Source of the DNA: Massalongia carnosa | Lineage: Eukaryota | Direction of reading: 5' to 3' | DNA length: 64,000 nucleotides | Assembly: GCA_965645245.1 (NCBI GenBank) | Contig: OZ287068.1 | Location: 2,418,001-2,482,000, forward strand | Shown here: positions 49,822-61,977 of the stretch, one piece after another | How the letters are laid out: each line of letters begins with the position of its first letter | Position numbering within the stretch: position 1 is the first letter of the stretch | The notes under the pieces: model-generated | The model's database searches: none | Told to the model about the DNA's origin: nothing | What the model saw: only the letters and a program-made list of their open reading frames with translations | Program-made: the position numbers and the translations under genes

Positions 49822-52800
49822 TGATGATGATGTATTCATACTCCGATATGACACCGGCCGTAGGCCGGCCCATGCGGGCAAAGCTACCTAAGTTATGTTA
49901 CTTGGAAAACCTTTCACAGGTGTAAAAACCATATCCCTTGATACCCGTCTGATGTGACTACGGGTCGACGTCGGGCGGGAGACGCAGTGCAAAAGACGTG
50001 TGGGAACTGTAATGCCTTGTAAAAAGAGAAGAAAGAAAGAAAGGTTCAACTATTGTTGATTGTACAATAATGTTGATGCTAGTGAGAACTGATTCAATAA
50101 GCCTGTTTTCATTAGCCAAGCAGTTAGTATCTTCAGAGTTTTTGATGATTCGGTCAGCTGCTGATAGTCGCTCGTGCCGGCGGCGCGAAACATCTGTTCT
50201 CTATTGTCAATAAGTCTGCAGAACATGATTACATGTTCTGGAGTTTGTCTGTGCCAGCCACATGAGCAGGCCGGTGAGGTGACGGAGGGCACCCGTCGCT
50301 TGTAGAGGAAGTCAGCTAACCCGATCTTGCTAGTGCGGATTTGTATTGTTAGAGCGCTTTCTGCCTTTTTTAGCAGCGTGTGTATTTCAGCCGTTTTTTG
50401 CTCAGTGGGACTGATTGTGCTATGGAGGGTTCGATGACGCGATTTTGATATGCGCACCACGAGTCGTTCCAGACCTTCATTTGTCGTGCTTTGATTGTTT
50501 GCATCTGCTTGTGTCGGGCCGTTGCCGCAACGGTAGCTTCGCGGTGCCACGCCGGGTAGACTTCGAACCATGGTGGGTGTGCCTTTGGTGGTTGAACTAT
50601 TATTGAGTCGATCAGTAGGCTTTTGGCCCAGATGTGTTTCAGCTCTCCCGGGGTGGGCTTTTGAAGTCATTTGCGACCTGCCTTGCCTCGAAGTTTGTCA
50701 GTTATTTTGTTGCATGCGGAGGAGATGATCTTCAATTGGCCTCCGGCTCGGAGCCGGTGCCTTGCCTGTGCTTGTAGCATGTCGAGATGCGTGTCTATGG
50801 GTGCTATGAATGTCTCTGCTTCTAGTACTGAGATGGGAGTGGCTTTAAAGGCACCGGCTATGGTGCGAAGGCAATTGTTTTGCATGACGGAGAGCTTGCT
50901 CGTTGACGTTTTTGACTTTTTGACTTCTTTGGGCATGTGCCATACGGTTGACCCATATGTCATGGCCGGACGCACCACGGCACTGTAAACTTGTCTTGGC
51001 TTGGCGAAGGTGGCACCCCAGGCTAATGTGGAAATTTTTATTAATGCCATGGATTGTTTGACCATTTTCTCTTGCGTTCTGCGAACGTGCGGTCCCCATT
51101 TCAATTTGGTGTCGATTTGTAGGCCCAATACTCTGATGTCCGTTTTTGGTTCAATTTCGGTGCTAGCAATATTGATGGATGCAGTCATGTTGAATCTTTT
51201 GGGATTTCTGGACAAGCGTATGAGTTCGTACTTCGTCGGAGCAAATACGGACGCGTGCCGGGAAGCCAACGTCTCACATTGTCTGTGTATTGCCTCTAGA
51301 GTTTTGCAGTTTTCCTAGGTGCTTTTTCCATATGCCAAAATGTTTGCGTCGTCTACGAATCCTATGGCACTTGTGTTTTTGCCTGGTCGATCACATATTT
51401 CCAATAGATCTGCATTGTAAAATAGGTAAAGAATGGATGACAGGGGAGAGCCCTGCGGGATACCCGTTCTTACCGCAAACCGCCCGGTGACTTTTCGATT
51501 TATTGCTAAGGTGGTGCTTCGATCGCTCAGAAAGCTGTTTAACCAGTCGGTGATCCATTTTGGAATTTTTCTTTTCCGTTGGTTGTGCGTTAGTCGTTGA
51601 TGTGATACCGTATCGAACGCGCCGGCAACGTCCATGCTTAGCAGTGTGGCTACTTTGTCTTTTCCCTGTCCCCAAATCGTGTGAACCTGTTCAGTTAGCA
51701 GTTCCAGTGCTGACTCTGGATCTGCCCTTCCTTGCTCCCATCTGTGTCGGGTAGGAGCCGGTGTGTTTCCGCTAGATAGGTTATTTTTGATCCAATGATG
51801 GATTCCATAACTTTACTGAGCGTGTTGAGCAGTGCAATTGGTCGGTAGGCTTTCGGCGTGGTATAGTCTCCTTTGCCTGTTTTTTTCAGCGCTATTGTGT
51901 TTACCATTTTGAAGGCCCGCGGGTGGTACGAGTGTGACGCACGCCTGAAACAGAGGTGTTAGTAGTTCGACAAGTTTTTCGCTGCATGCTTTGAGTATTC
52001 TGTTAGATATGCCGTCTGGGCCCGGTGCCTTATCGGACTTGAGTTGACTCAGGGCCGTCGATACTTCTGACTTGGTGATGATTATTGGGCAGTGCGGCGA
52101 TATAGGATAGAAGGATCCTTCTATGTCGCTTAGGTCGGCCGGTGGTGGTGCGGGAAAGAAGACACCTTTCAGCATTTCGGCTTTTTGGTCAAACGTGTCT
52201 GCTACTTGGTCATTGAATTTTAGCATCGGCATTTTGGATACTTCTCTAGATAGATGAATTTTGTCTTTGGCCCATTTCGCTAGCCGCCATAGTCCCTGAG
52301 GCGTTTCGGTGGCCTTACTGATTTCTTGACGAAAGTTTGTTCTCTTTGCCTTTTGAATGATTTTCTGTTTTTTATCACTGGATTTCATATAGTTAGACCA
52401 GTCCGTTAGGTCTAACGTGCTGGACCATATGCGGCGTAGTTTCCGTGTGGCTTTGGTGGCAATGCTGCATTCTTCTGTCCAGAATGGCTTAGCATATTCG
52501 CTAGATTTTGCCCATGGAACTGCTTCGTTGATGACATTTTGTAGAAATTTTTGAATCGATTCCGTGTACGCATCAATCTCGGCAGTGGTGCGGGGAGACT
52601 CCGGTATAGGGGCGTGTCGTTCGGCCTCCCTTAATTTTTCCAGGTTTAGAAGTTTCCATGCTCTGCGTTTGATTTTCGGTTGCGGCTCGCTTCCGAGTAG
52701 GATGCGGGTTGATATCGGTACGTGATCGGACGATTGATTCAATTCTGATCTGGACATGCAGTGTTCGAGTCTTTCGACTAGATATTCTGACATGAAAACC

Positions 52801-55285
52801 AAATCTATCGTGCTAGACGTGTTTCTTGCTTCCCATGTTACGGTGCCTTTCAGCAGTGTCAACGAAAGATTATGATCATCGATTATTTCTAGTAATTGAT
52901 CAGCAGCAGCGTGCTGTGTGGGTCTTGAGGGACCATTCCAAAAGGGATGATGCAGGTTGAAATCTCTAAGTAGTATGTGATGCGCATCGGCGGTAAGCAT
53001 GCTCCGAGCCGCCGGTAAGGTCGTGGGACTGTCAGTGGATGAATAGGAGGCGGGAGAGGGGTTATACACATTATGGACGTGAATTGTTTCCATAACGCCT
53101 TCGGTGTAGGTCTTTATTTTCAAAGTGCACATGTTGTCATGGTGCGAATAAGGATAATCTAGGAAAGGTAGTCACAAGAAGGTTGCTAAGATTGCTAAGC
53201 GATACCCCCGACATTTAGCGTCGCGGAGGTAGCGCATTGGGTTTAGCGGGAAGCTAACCTCATCAAGGTTAGTAAAGGGATCAAGGAGTTATAAGAAAAT
53301 CTCTGCAGCAATTGCTGCTTTCTTCTTTGTGTTCGTCTTGTTTAGCATAGCTATTAGCTAGCCATCAAGACCATCATCACCACCACTTGGGTAGGCCTTC
53401 TATTGCCCACCCGTTACACATGTCGGCCGAGGTGAATTCCACCTCCCAGCTGTCAGTGTCTATTAGGTTGTTGACATAAAAGCACACTCTGGTGTCACCT
53501 CCTGGGCGGTATAGGAGGTGAAAGCCGCTTTGATGAGAACTAAGCGATGTGGGGGCGGATGGATTGCGCCACGGTTCCTGTATTGCAATAATATCATAGT
53601 CCTGGGTGTTTGTGTCTGCTAAGAGGGGTATCATAGTACTCACTCTGTCATTTCTGACATTATACTGCAATATAGAGAGGGATTTTGTGTCCCTCATAGG
53701 AATTCCATCGTTTCGGCCGCTGTGTTCGATGTGACCTGAGTTCCTGCCGTTAATGCTACGGAATCTGCATGAGGCCTACCCAGCACTGGTTTTGCTAAGG
53801 CCTTTACCATATTTTCAGGATTCATGATGCCTATATTAGCCCAGGTGGGTGCGTCGTCTCCCCGATGAGGGCCCGGGGGTGTGCCGGATGAGGGCGTAGC
53901 GTTATGTATTTTCTTCTCTTGCTGTTTACTATCTTCCACGTTGACGGAATTTCGTCCGTTTGTGTGACTGTGGGTGTCGACTCTCGTTGAAGTTGAAATT
54001 GAATTGAGGGCGGTTGTGATTCGATTGCATAGAGGGGGGCGCGGTTTTGCATTGCTATTTCAGTTTTTCGCTTTTCAGCTTTTCAGACTTTGCATTCTGT
54101 GGACCATGCTTCGTGTCCCTTTTCTCCGCATACGGCGCAACGGCGATATTGCCCCGTTATCTCCAGATTGCATTCTTTGCTTTGATGTCCACCGGCGCAG
54201 TGACCACAGGCGGCGGGATTGCGGCATGATCTACCGATGTGTCCGTATTTTTGGCAGTTGAAGCATTGAGTCATGGTGCAACCACGTGTAAAGCGCTCGC
54301 AGTCATTTATTTCGTAGCTTTCCATTAGGCCCTCGGTGATGAGCCGGTTAGCCATCTCGGCGGTGGCGACCTCTATATGAAGCGTCGAGTACGCTTTTTT
54401 CTCTCTGATGGCCTTGATTGACCAGGCTACTTTGACGATCTTCAGGTTAGGGTGCAGGCGTGCGTTAGCGGCCTGAAGGTAGGTGATGGCTGTTGATTGA
54501 TTGGCCACTTTGATGTTTTCCACCCTGATTCCATTCGCTCTTACGGTGAAGGTGCGGGTGTGCACCGCAGCTGAAGCGGCCACCATGCGGGTCAAATCGG
54601 TCTTCTCCTGCAGGGTCTTCTTTGCTTCCAATGACTCTGCGTGAATCCTGATGTCGCCGTTTAACAAACGCGACACTCCCCTTATTCCTTCAGCTCCATT
54701 TTGTAGTGTTTCTACCAACTCCTTGGTTGGCATTAGCTTCATTTTTTCCTTGTCCGCATCCTCCGTGATGTGAACGGTGATTTCCCGGGCACGTCGCGCT
54801 TCTCTTGGTGTGGGTGCTTTGTCTTTGCGGGCCTGTTGAGGCTTGATGTTTTGGTTCTCTGGGGGTGCGGGCTCATCTCGGCCTTGCCCTATGGCAGCAG
54901 CGGCATAGCTGCGAGGAGTGGTCTCATTGCGCTCTATGCGTGTCAATGATTGTTGGATTGCCTGTAATGTGTCACCTATGTTGTTGGGAGTTTCTGCAAC
55001 TTTGTCATCGACTAGATTTTGCGCTTGCAAAATTTCTGCTGAGTTTCTCAGCAACTGCAACGCCTCCGGGTCACCAACGGTGCCCACTCGATCAAGATAC
55101 TCCTTGATCTTTACGTGCAAACCTTTCCTCCTTTCGCTGTGCGCTCTCGAGAGCGCGTTTGATTGTTCGAGTGTAGTTATTTTCCGATATCGTATATGTT
55201 CTTTCAGCTGCTTATGTCTTCATCAATAAGTGAACAGTTTAGTCAAAAAGTCTTTTGTTATTTGTCCCTTTTATCTATTTATGTG
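49822..55285 (-). mobile_element. Near full-length Tad-like LINE, inactivated
   Basis: ORF1 (~53694-55200) has three CCHC knuckles. ORF2 from ATG 53697 has an APE endonuclease (LQYNV, IAIQEPW, DFNLHHP, SDH), RT (KAPGPDG, YRPIALL, GIPQGSPLS, FVDD) and a C-terminal CCHC. (CAT)n tail. 9-bp TSD GCTATATGA at 49813-49821 and 55286-55294. Confidence 0.95.
53135..53418. mobile_element. Solo LTR (284 bp) inserted in LINE ORF2
   Basis: TG...CA ends (TGTCATGG...CCGTTACA). 5-bp TSD CATGT at 53130-53134 and 53419-53423. Removing it restores EFTSADMCTLKIK. Confidence 0.92.
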
Positions 55286-55398
55286 GCTATATGACTATGT
55301 AATAATAAGTGTACCTTCTGTTAAGCGAGGTGATCTTTATCTTGGGACTAGGCCTAATGTGGCTTCTACGGTTTCCTAGATGCTATGTTCATTGTACT

Positions 55399-55846
55399 TG
55401 TCATGAAATCGAACCAACCCGATCCAGAATCAATCCCGCAGATGAATCTGACTAAGCTCCCGTTCCTCTATTCAGCTTAGTCAGAATCTCATTAACTAAA
55501 TCGAGTTTAGACCCCTCTCAACGGCTTCAGGTCAAAGCTGTACCATCACCATCAAAGCGTACCAACGACAGGAGAACCTCATCTCCACCTTTTATCGTCA
55601 AACACCTCGTCAAACCTTCGTGCCGTACGTCTCCTAATAGGGGGAGATGAACACTGATCGAATCTTCATGCAAAGGGGTTCGAGACAAATATAAAAGGAA
55701 GGACAAGTTAATTAGATTGTTGACTCCTTGTCCGACGTCTTGTATAGCAATCCATCACCTAGCTATAGCCTTATTAATAAAGACATCTTGATCACCCAAT
55801 CCAATTCCTAGGAACATTAGTTCAATCCCCTGCCCAGTCCTTGACA
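55399..55846 (+). repeat. 5' LTR
   Basis: TGTCA...TGACA ends, TATAAAA at ~55690. No difference from the 3' LTR seen by eye. Confidence 0.97.
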
Positions 55847-55916
55847 TTACGTCGGACCTACATCGAAAGGTGCCTTTCATAGCACTAGCCCCTGTCCCCC
55901 CTCATATTCCACCATC

Positions 55917-57110
55917 ATGTCTTCGTCTTCAGAAGAGATGACCGTCCCCCAAAATCCTCTCATCGACGAGAACGTGAAGTTGTTTCAAAACCAGTTCCAA
56001 ACCAATCCTGAAGCATTCGTCGCGGAAATACGACGACTTCAAGACGAGGTGGCCCGGTTGCAGGCCGCCCCAGCTCCCGACCCCCCTATACCCACTCCAG
56101 CATCAACCTCGTCTCCCTCGTCCGTTCCGGCAATGGACCCTCAGATAGCTGCCCTCCTGCAGCTCCTTTTGACCCGGAATTCCGAGTCCAAAACCGATCT
56201 TCGTTCCGAAAAACTTCCCGACATCTCCGAGTACGATGGAGATGAAGCCAAGTTGGACTCCTGGGAACAGAGCCTGATTCAACGGATGCACGTTAATCAT
56301 GATCGATACTCCACCGATGCCTCCAAGATTGCATACGCGGAGAATCGGCTCACCATCGGGAAACGAGCTCACAACCTTATGAATGCGTATCGAGTGGATG
56401 GCATTTGTAGACTCACCACCTTCTCCGAATGGCGTTCTGCTCTTCGCCTAGCCTGCGGCAACCCCTTCGAACAAGAGGATGCCCGTAAGTACCTTCGAGA
56501 AACCCTCAAGCAGGGCTCTCTGAGTTTCGAAGAGTACAACACTCTCTTCTCTCAGAAAAAAGACCGATCCAGAATGGAAGACGCTTCGTTGATTGATGCC
56601 ATGAAGGCAAACATCAACTACTCCGTTCAAACAGCGGCCGTCCACTACCGAGTCCCCGGCACCAATCTGGAGCCAATCACCTTCGACGAGCACGTCGCAA
56701 TGTGGTTAAGCACGGACCGGAAAATCCGTCAGATCCGTCATCTGGCACCCAAGGCCACGACTCCGGCCACATCAGCTCCCGCCAATCGAAGAAACGGCAC
56801 CAACCTTCCTGCTGCCCCTTTCCCCCGCACTGTCGTCACGGGCACGGTCACCCCATTGATCCCAACCCCCGCCTTCCCCCCAGCTGGAGACCCCATGGAC
56901 CTAAGTCAGGCCATGGCGGCTGTCAAAGGTCAGTCGTTGAAAACCGAGGGAGTAAGGAAGATCTGCGAGAATTGGAACCTGTGCTTCTATTGCAAATTGC
57001 AACACCTCGGGTCGGCCTCCGACTGTCCAAATAAGCCTACCAAACGCCTTCGCAACATGGAAGTCGTCTCGACCCTCACTCCCGAGACTGACGACTCGGG
57101 AAACGTCTAG
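55917..57110 (+). CDS. gag: Gypsy Gag
   Basis: SEKLPDISEYDG, LKQGSLSFEEY, DPMDLS and a C-terminal CFYC...H...CP knuckle. Confidence 0.93.
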   Translation: MSSSSEEMTVPQNPLIDENVKLFQNQFQTNPEAFVAEIRRLQDEVARLQAAPAPDPPIPTPASTSSPSSVPAMDPQIAALLQLLLTRNSESKTDLRSEKLPDISEYDGDEAKLDSWEQSLIQRMHVNHDRYSTDASKIAYAENRLTIGKRAHNLMNAYRVDGICRLTTFSEWRSALRLACGNPFEQEDARKYLRETLKQGSLSFEEYNTLFSQKKDRSRMEDASLIDAMKANINYSVQTAAVHYRVPGTNLEPITFDEHVAMWLSTDRKIRQIRHLAPKATTPATSAPANRRNGTNLPAAPFPRTVVTGTVTPLIPTPAFPPAGDPMDLSQAMAAVKGQSLKTEGVRKICENWNLCFYCKLQHLGSASDCPNKPTKRLRNMEVVSTLTPETDDSGNV

Positions 57111-60100
57111 ACTCTGCGCATCGTCGCGCGCAGAGCCCTATTTTAATTTCTTCTTGTCTGTTAGCCAACTCGTTTTCTCCCCCCCTTCAATCAAACACTC
57201 GTTTTTCCGCAGCCTCCGCTTTGGAGCTGTTTGAAACCGAAGAAGCGTTTCGAGATAGCCACCTAGTGGTATCATGTATCTTACGTTTAGGTAGATCTCG
57301 AATTCAAGCTCTCAATCTGATTGATTGTGGTGCATCTGGCTATGCATTCATTGACAAGAAGTTTGCGCAAACTCACCAAATCCCCCTTCATCCCCTCAAA
57401 TACGCCCGACGCCTTGAAGGCTTCGACGGTCAGCCGGCTCTGACTGGAAATATCACTCATGTGGCCGAGGTAATCATGGACTTAAACGGACATGTAGAAA
57501 GATTATTCCTTTTCGTAACAGGACTGAAAACCTACCCCATCGTCCTGGGACACCCGTGGTTGCGACGACATCAAGCTCTCGCTGATTTCGAGTCCAACTC
57601 TCTCTCCCTGTCTTCCTCTTTCTGCCTGGCTCATTGTAGCCCTCATCCAGTCAAGGTGAAGGCCTACACGGGCGAGAAATTCCTATCTCCTGCGGAAAGT
57701 CAGGAAGTATGGGAATCGGAAAACTACTCGTCCAATAGTCAAATCCTGTCCGAAAAACCTGTCCTGTCCGATAAAACCACGCCGCGCGATAGTAAGACAA
57801 CTTCTCTCGAAAATCAGGACATCAGTCGTATCGAAAAAGCGATTGAACAGGGCGACTCACCGAAAATCCGATATCGAAGTCCCTCTTCGTATCGCACCTC
57901 CACTCAGCGACATGCTGCCCAGCAGAATCGCAATCCTCCTGTTTTGGACGTCTGTGAAATCGGCGCCCTCAACTTCAACTATCTCGGACGAAAAAAGAGT
58001 CACGAGATGTTTGCTCTCTCCTTGAAAGAAATCGATCACTTTCTCGGCCTGACTCAACCTGAACCTAAGCCTGAACCCAAACCCGAATCTCGCCTTCGTC
58101 AAGAGACTGACTGGGCACACTCGAAACCAACCTACCAACCCAACCCCCGGTCCAGCCCTAGTGAAAAGAAATATCACTTAGCCCTGTTCCGTATGAACCA
58201 GGCTCTGACACAGTTATGTTCAGTGACCGAACCCGAACCTCAACCCTTGACACTGCAATCATCAGTGACCGCCGAAGAACTGAACGCTTATCGTGAGCGA
58301 AAGAACGTCGACCCAGCCCCCCTTCTACCCAAACAGTATCACGACTTTCTGGATGTCTTCTCCAAAAAAGAATCGGACGTCCTGCCCGAACACCGACCCT
58401 ACGACCATGCCATAAAGCTAAAAGAAGGCTCTCCAATCCCGAATCAAGCTCTTTATGGCATGAGTCGAACCGAAATCGAAGAACTCCGACGCTACCTTGA
58501 TGAGAACCTGTCGAAAGGCTTCATCCGAGCTAGTAAATCCCCCGCTGCCTCCCCAGTCATGTTCGTAAAGAAGCCAGGAGGAGGACTTCGCTTCTGTGTC
58601 GACTATCGAGGCCTCAATGCCATCACGATTAAGAATCGGTATCCGCTTCCCCTGATCACCGAAACCCTGAATCGCCTGAGTCGGGCTAAGATATTCACCA
58701 AGCTGGACATTATTTCAGCGTTCAATCGGCTCCGCATCAAGGAAGGAGATGAAGAACTCACCGCATTCAGAACCCGTTTTGGCCTCTTCGAATCCCTGGT
58801 CCTACCATTCGGCCTCTGTAACGGCCCCGCCTCCTTTCAACACTTCATCAATGATACTCTTCGAGAGTATCTCGACGACTTTTGCACGGCCTATCTAGAT
58901 GACATTCTCATCTACAGCGAAATTGAAAGCGAGCATGAAATCCACGTCAAACGTATCCTCATCAAGCTGAGAGAAGCCGGGCTGCAAGTAGACATCACCA
59001 AATGCAAATTTCATGTCACAGAAGTTGCCTATCTCGGACTAATCGTAACCACCGAGGGAATCAAAATGGACCCCGCTAAAATCGAAACAGTAACTCATTG
59101 GCCAATACCGATCAATATGAAAGATGTACAAAGCTTTCTGGGATTTGCTAACTTCTATAGACGATTCGTATACGGCTTTAGTAAGATAGCCGGCCCACTG
59201 ACGAATCTAACCAAAAAGGAGGTCAGCTTTCAATGGACTGACAAATGTCAACAGGCATTCGAAACTCTAAAAAAAGCTTTCACCTCGGAACTAATACTGA
59301 TGCATTTCGATCCCGATCGTCCTATCATCGTGGAAACCGATGCTTCGGACTACGTCTCTGGTGGTATCCTTTCTCAGTATGACAACGAGAACGTGCTTCG
59401 CCCCATCGCATACTTCTCCAAGAAACACAACCCGGCCGAATGCAATTATGAGATCTATGACAAGGAACTCATGGCCATCGTCCGATGCTTCGAAGAATGG
59501 AGACCGGAATTGGAAGGTTCTGCTCACCCCATCAGCGTTATCTCAGATCATAAGAATTTGGAATACTTCGCTTCAACCAAACAACTCAGTCGTCGTCAAG
59601 CTCGCTGGTCCGAATTCTTATCCCGATTTGACTTTAAAATAGTCTATCGACCCGGAAAAGCTGGTGGAAAACCAGATGCACTGACTCGTCGCTCAGGAGA
59701 CCTCCCTAAAGAGGGGGATGAAACTGATGAAAGACATAAACATCAGCATCAAACCATCCTGAAAACTCATAACCTGGACGACGAAGTGGCGAAAAGTTTC
59801 TTATCCACGATTATCCTAGCCCCCGCGTTCATCGAACAGGATCCCGAGTCCGTTGAACATGATCACGAGTTCATTGAACCTGAACCACAGCTGGATCAGC
59901 CTGCCGACCAAACCAATCCTGGCCAAGACCCGACCGACGTCCCAACTCAGCTGTTATGGGAACAAGCTCTGGAACAGGATCAATTCTCTCTGAAAGTTCT
60001 AGACATGCTTCGCAATAATGTCAGATATCATAACGGCATTCAGCTAGCCGAATGTGAAGATAAAGAAGGGATTCTTTATTTTCGAAACCGTCGATACGTC

Positions 60101-61489
60101 CCCAATTCGGATCGGCTCCGTCTCCGTCTCATTCAACAGGCACACGACAGCGTAGCAGGTGGCCATCCCGGTCGTTCCAAATGCTACGAACTAATGAATC
60201 GATCATACTGGTGGCCCAGTATGCATCAAACCGTCAAACGATTCATTCGTAACTGTCACACCTGTAGACGATCCAAACCATCCCGCCAACGATACCAAGG
60301 ATGGCTACGCCCTCTGTCCCCACCCGAACGTCGATGGCGTGACGTTTCCATGGACTACGTAGGTCCGCTGCCTCCGAGCACCTTCATGGGTATAACCTAT
60401 CGTTATATCCTCGTCTTCATCGATCGCCTTTCCAAGATGCGACATTTCGTCCCCACCACCTCCATGGAGGTAGAAGAGGCTGCTAATTCCTTCTACCAAA
60501 ATGTATGGAAATTACACGGTCTCCCAGACGCCTTGATTTCGGATCGAGGCACCCAATTCACCTCCGATTTCTGGGACATCATGTGTAAACGGCTTAGAAT
60601 TGATGCTAGGCTATCAACCAGTTTTCATCCCGAGACAGATGGCCAAACCGAGAGGGCTAATGCAACCATGGAGCACTATCTTCGGGCATACGTCAATTAC
60701 ATGCAAGATGACTGGGCCCAGTACTTACCCGGTGCCGAATTCTCCAGCAATAACACCGACTCCTCCAGCATTCTCGCCTCTCCCTTCCTGGCTACTTATG
60801 GACAACACCCCAGGGTAGGATTCGAACCCGAAGGGCCCCTTCCGCAAGACCTGACCGCCCAGGGAATCGCTAACCTGATCGCCGCCAATCGATTCGTAGA
60901 CAAGATGCGAGACGTAGACACTCACCTACGAGAAGAGATGTTGATCGCGCAGGCCTCATACGAATCTTCCGCCAATGAGAACCGCCGTCCCTGTCCTCGT
61001 TATCTTGTAGGAGACATGGTATGGCTGAACACCCGAAATATCCAGACAGCCCGTCCGGCAGCCAAACTGGACGATCGAAATGTCGGTCCTTACCGAGTCT
61101 GTAAGGTGTTCGCCAACCCTCTTGTTGTTCAACTGGAACTCCCCGACACGGTTAAAATTCATCCGGTCTTTCATGTAAATCTGCTACAACACGACGCAGA
61201 CGACCCCCTCCCAGGACAAATTCCCGAGCTTCGCGACCCAATAATAGCCGAAGATGGACAGCGAGAATGGTATGTCAACAGCATTCTGAACTCGAAACTG
61301 GACAGACGTTATCAACCTCCGCTTCTCAAGTATTTCGTCAACTGGGAAGGACATACCCCCACCTGGGAGCCATTTCACCTACTAACCAACTGTCAACAAG
61401 CTCTGGACGAATTCCACGAAGCCTATCCTGGTGCATCCGGCCCACATCTCACCCCCTGTTCCATTCCTCGATGTCGCTGTCATGAATAA
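57101..61489 (+). CDS. pol: Gypsy Pol (protease, RT, RNase H, integrase, chromodomain), in the -1 frame to gag
   Basis: LIDCGA, LRFCVDYRGLN, YLDDILIYS, ETDASD, integrase H-H-C-C and D,D(35)E region, chromodomain WYVNSIL...VNWEGHTPTWEP. Frame is open back to 57101. Confidence 0.97.
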   Translation, partial: KRLDSAHRRAQSPILISSCLLANSFSPPLQSNTRFSAASALELFETEEAFRDSHLVVSCILRLGRSRIQALNLIDCGASGYAFIDKKFAQTHQIPLHPLKYARRLEGFDGQPALTGNITHVAEVIMDLNGHVERLFLFVTGLKTYPIVLGHPWLRRHQALADFESNSLSLSSSFCLAHCSPHPVKVKAYTGEKFLSPAESQEVWESENYSSNSQILSEKPVLSDKTTPRDSKTTSLENQDISRIEKAIEQGDSPKIRYRSPSSYRTSTQRHAAQQNRNPPVLDVCEIGALNFNYLGRKKSHEMFALSLKEIDHFLGLTQPEPKPEPKPESRLRQETDWAHSKPTYQPNPRSSPSEKKYHLALFRMNQALTQLCSVTEPEPQPLTLQSSVTAEELNAYRERKNVDPAPLLPKQYHDFLDVFSKKESDVLPEHRPYDHAIKLKEGSPIPNQALYGMSRTEIEELRRYLDENLSKGFIRASKSPAASPVMFVKKPGGGLRFCVDYRGLNAITIKNRYPLPLITETLNRLSRAKIFTKLDIISAFNRLRIKEGDEELTAFRTRFGLFESLVLPFGLCNGPASFQHFINDTLREYLDDFCTAYLDDILIYSEIESEHEIHVKRILIKLREAGLQVDITKCKFHVTEVAYLGLIVTTEGIKMDPAKIETVTHWPIPINMKDVQSFLGFANFYRRFVYGFSKIAGPLTNLTKKEVSFQWTDKCQQAFETLKKAFTSELILMHFDPDRPIIVETDASDYVSGGILSQYDNENVLRPIAYFSKKHNPAECNYEIYDKELMAIVRCFEEWRPELEGSAHPISVISDHKNLEYFASTKQLSRRQARWSEFLSRFDFKIVYRPGKAGGKPDALTRRSGDLPKEGDETDERHKHQHQTILKTHNLDDEVAKSFLSTIILAPAFIEQDPESVEHDHEFIEPEPQLDQPADQTNPGQDPTDVPTQLLWEQALEQDQFSLKVLDMLRNNVRYHNGIQLAECEDKEGILYFRNRRYVPNSDRLRLRLIQQAHDSVAGGHPGRSKCYELMNRSYWWPSMHQTVKRFIRNCHTCRRSKPSRQRYQGWLRPLSPPERRWRDVSMDYVGPLPPSTFMGITYRYILVFIDRLSKMRHFVPTTSMEVEEAANSFYQNVWKLHGLPDALISDRGTQFTSDFWDIMCKRLRIDARLSTSFHPETDGQTERANATMEHYLRAYVNYMQDDWAQYLPGAEFSSNNTDSSSILASPFLATYGQHPRVGFEPEGPLPQDLTAQGIANLIAANRFVDKMRDVDTHLREEMLIAQASYESSANENRRPCPRYLVGDMVWLNTRNIQTARPAAKLDDRNVGPYRVCKVFANPLVVQLELPDTVKIHPVFHVNLLQHDADDPLPGQIPELRDPIIAEDGQREWYVNSILNSKLDRRYQPPLLKYFVNWEGHTPTWEPFHLLTNCQQALDEFHEAYPGASGPHLTPCSIPRCRCHE

Positions 61490-61529
61490 AACTGCTTCGC
61501 AGGAGCTCAGCTCTTGAAAGGGGAGCTAC

Positions 61530-61977
61530 TGTCATGAAATCGAACCAACCCGATCCAGAATCAATCCCGCAGATGAATCTGACTAAGCTCCCGTTCCTCT
61601 ATTCAGCTTAGTCAGAATCTCATTAACTAAATCGAGTTTAGACCCCTCTCAACGGCTTCAGGTCAAAGCTGTACCATCACCATCAAAGCGTACCAACGAC
61701 AGGAGAACCTCATCTCCACCTTTTATCGTCAAACACCTCGTCAAACCTTCGTGCCGTACGTCTCCTAATAGGGGGAGATGAACACTGATCGAATCTTCAT
61801 GCAAAGGGGTTCGAGACAAATATAAAAGGAAGGACAAGTTAATTAGATTGTTGACTCCTTGTCCGACGTCTTGTATAGCAATCCATCACCTAGCTATAGC
61901 CTTATTAATAAAGACATCTTGATCACCCAATCCAATTCCTAGGAACATTAGTTCAATCCCCTGCCCAGTCCTTGACA
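61530..61977 (+). repeat. 3' LTR
   Basis: Direct repeat of 55399-55846. Confidence 0.97.

Larger units (their letters stand above)
55399..61977 (+). mobile_element. Intact Ty3/Gypsy chromovirus LTR retrotransposon
   Basis: Two 448-bp LTRs, TSD GTACT at 55394-55398 and 61978-61982, gag and pol ORFs, and a polypurine tract at ~61516-61525. Confidence 0.98.
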
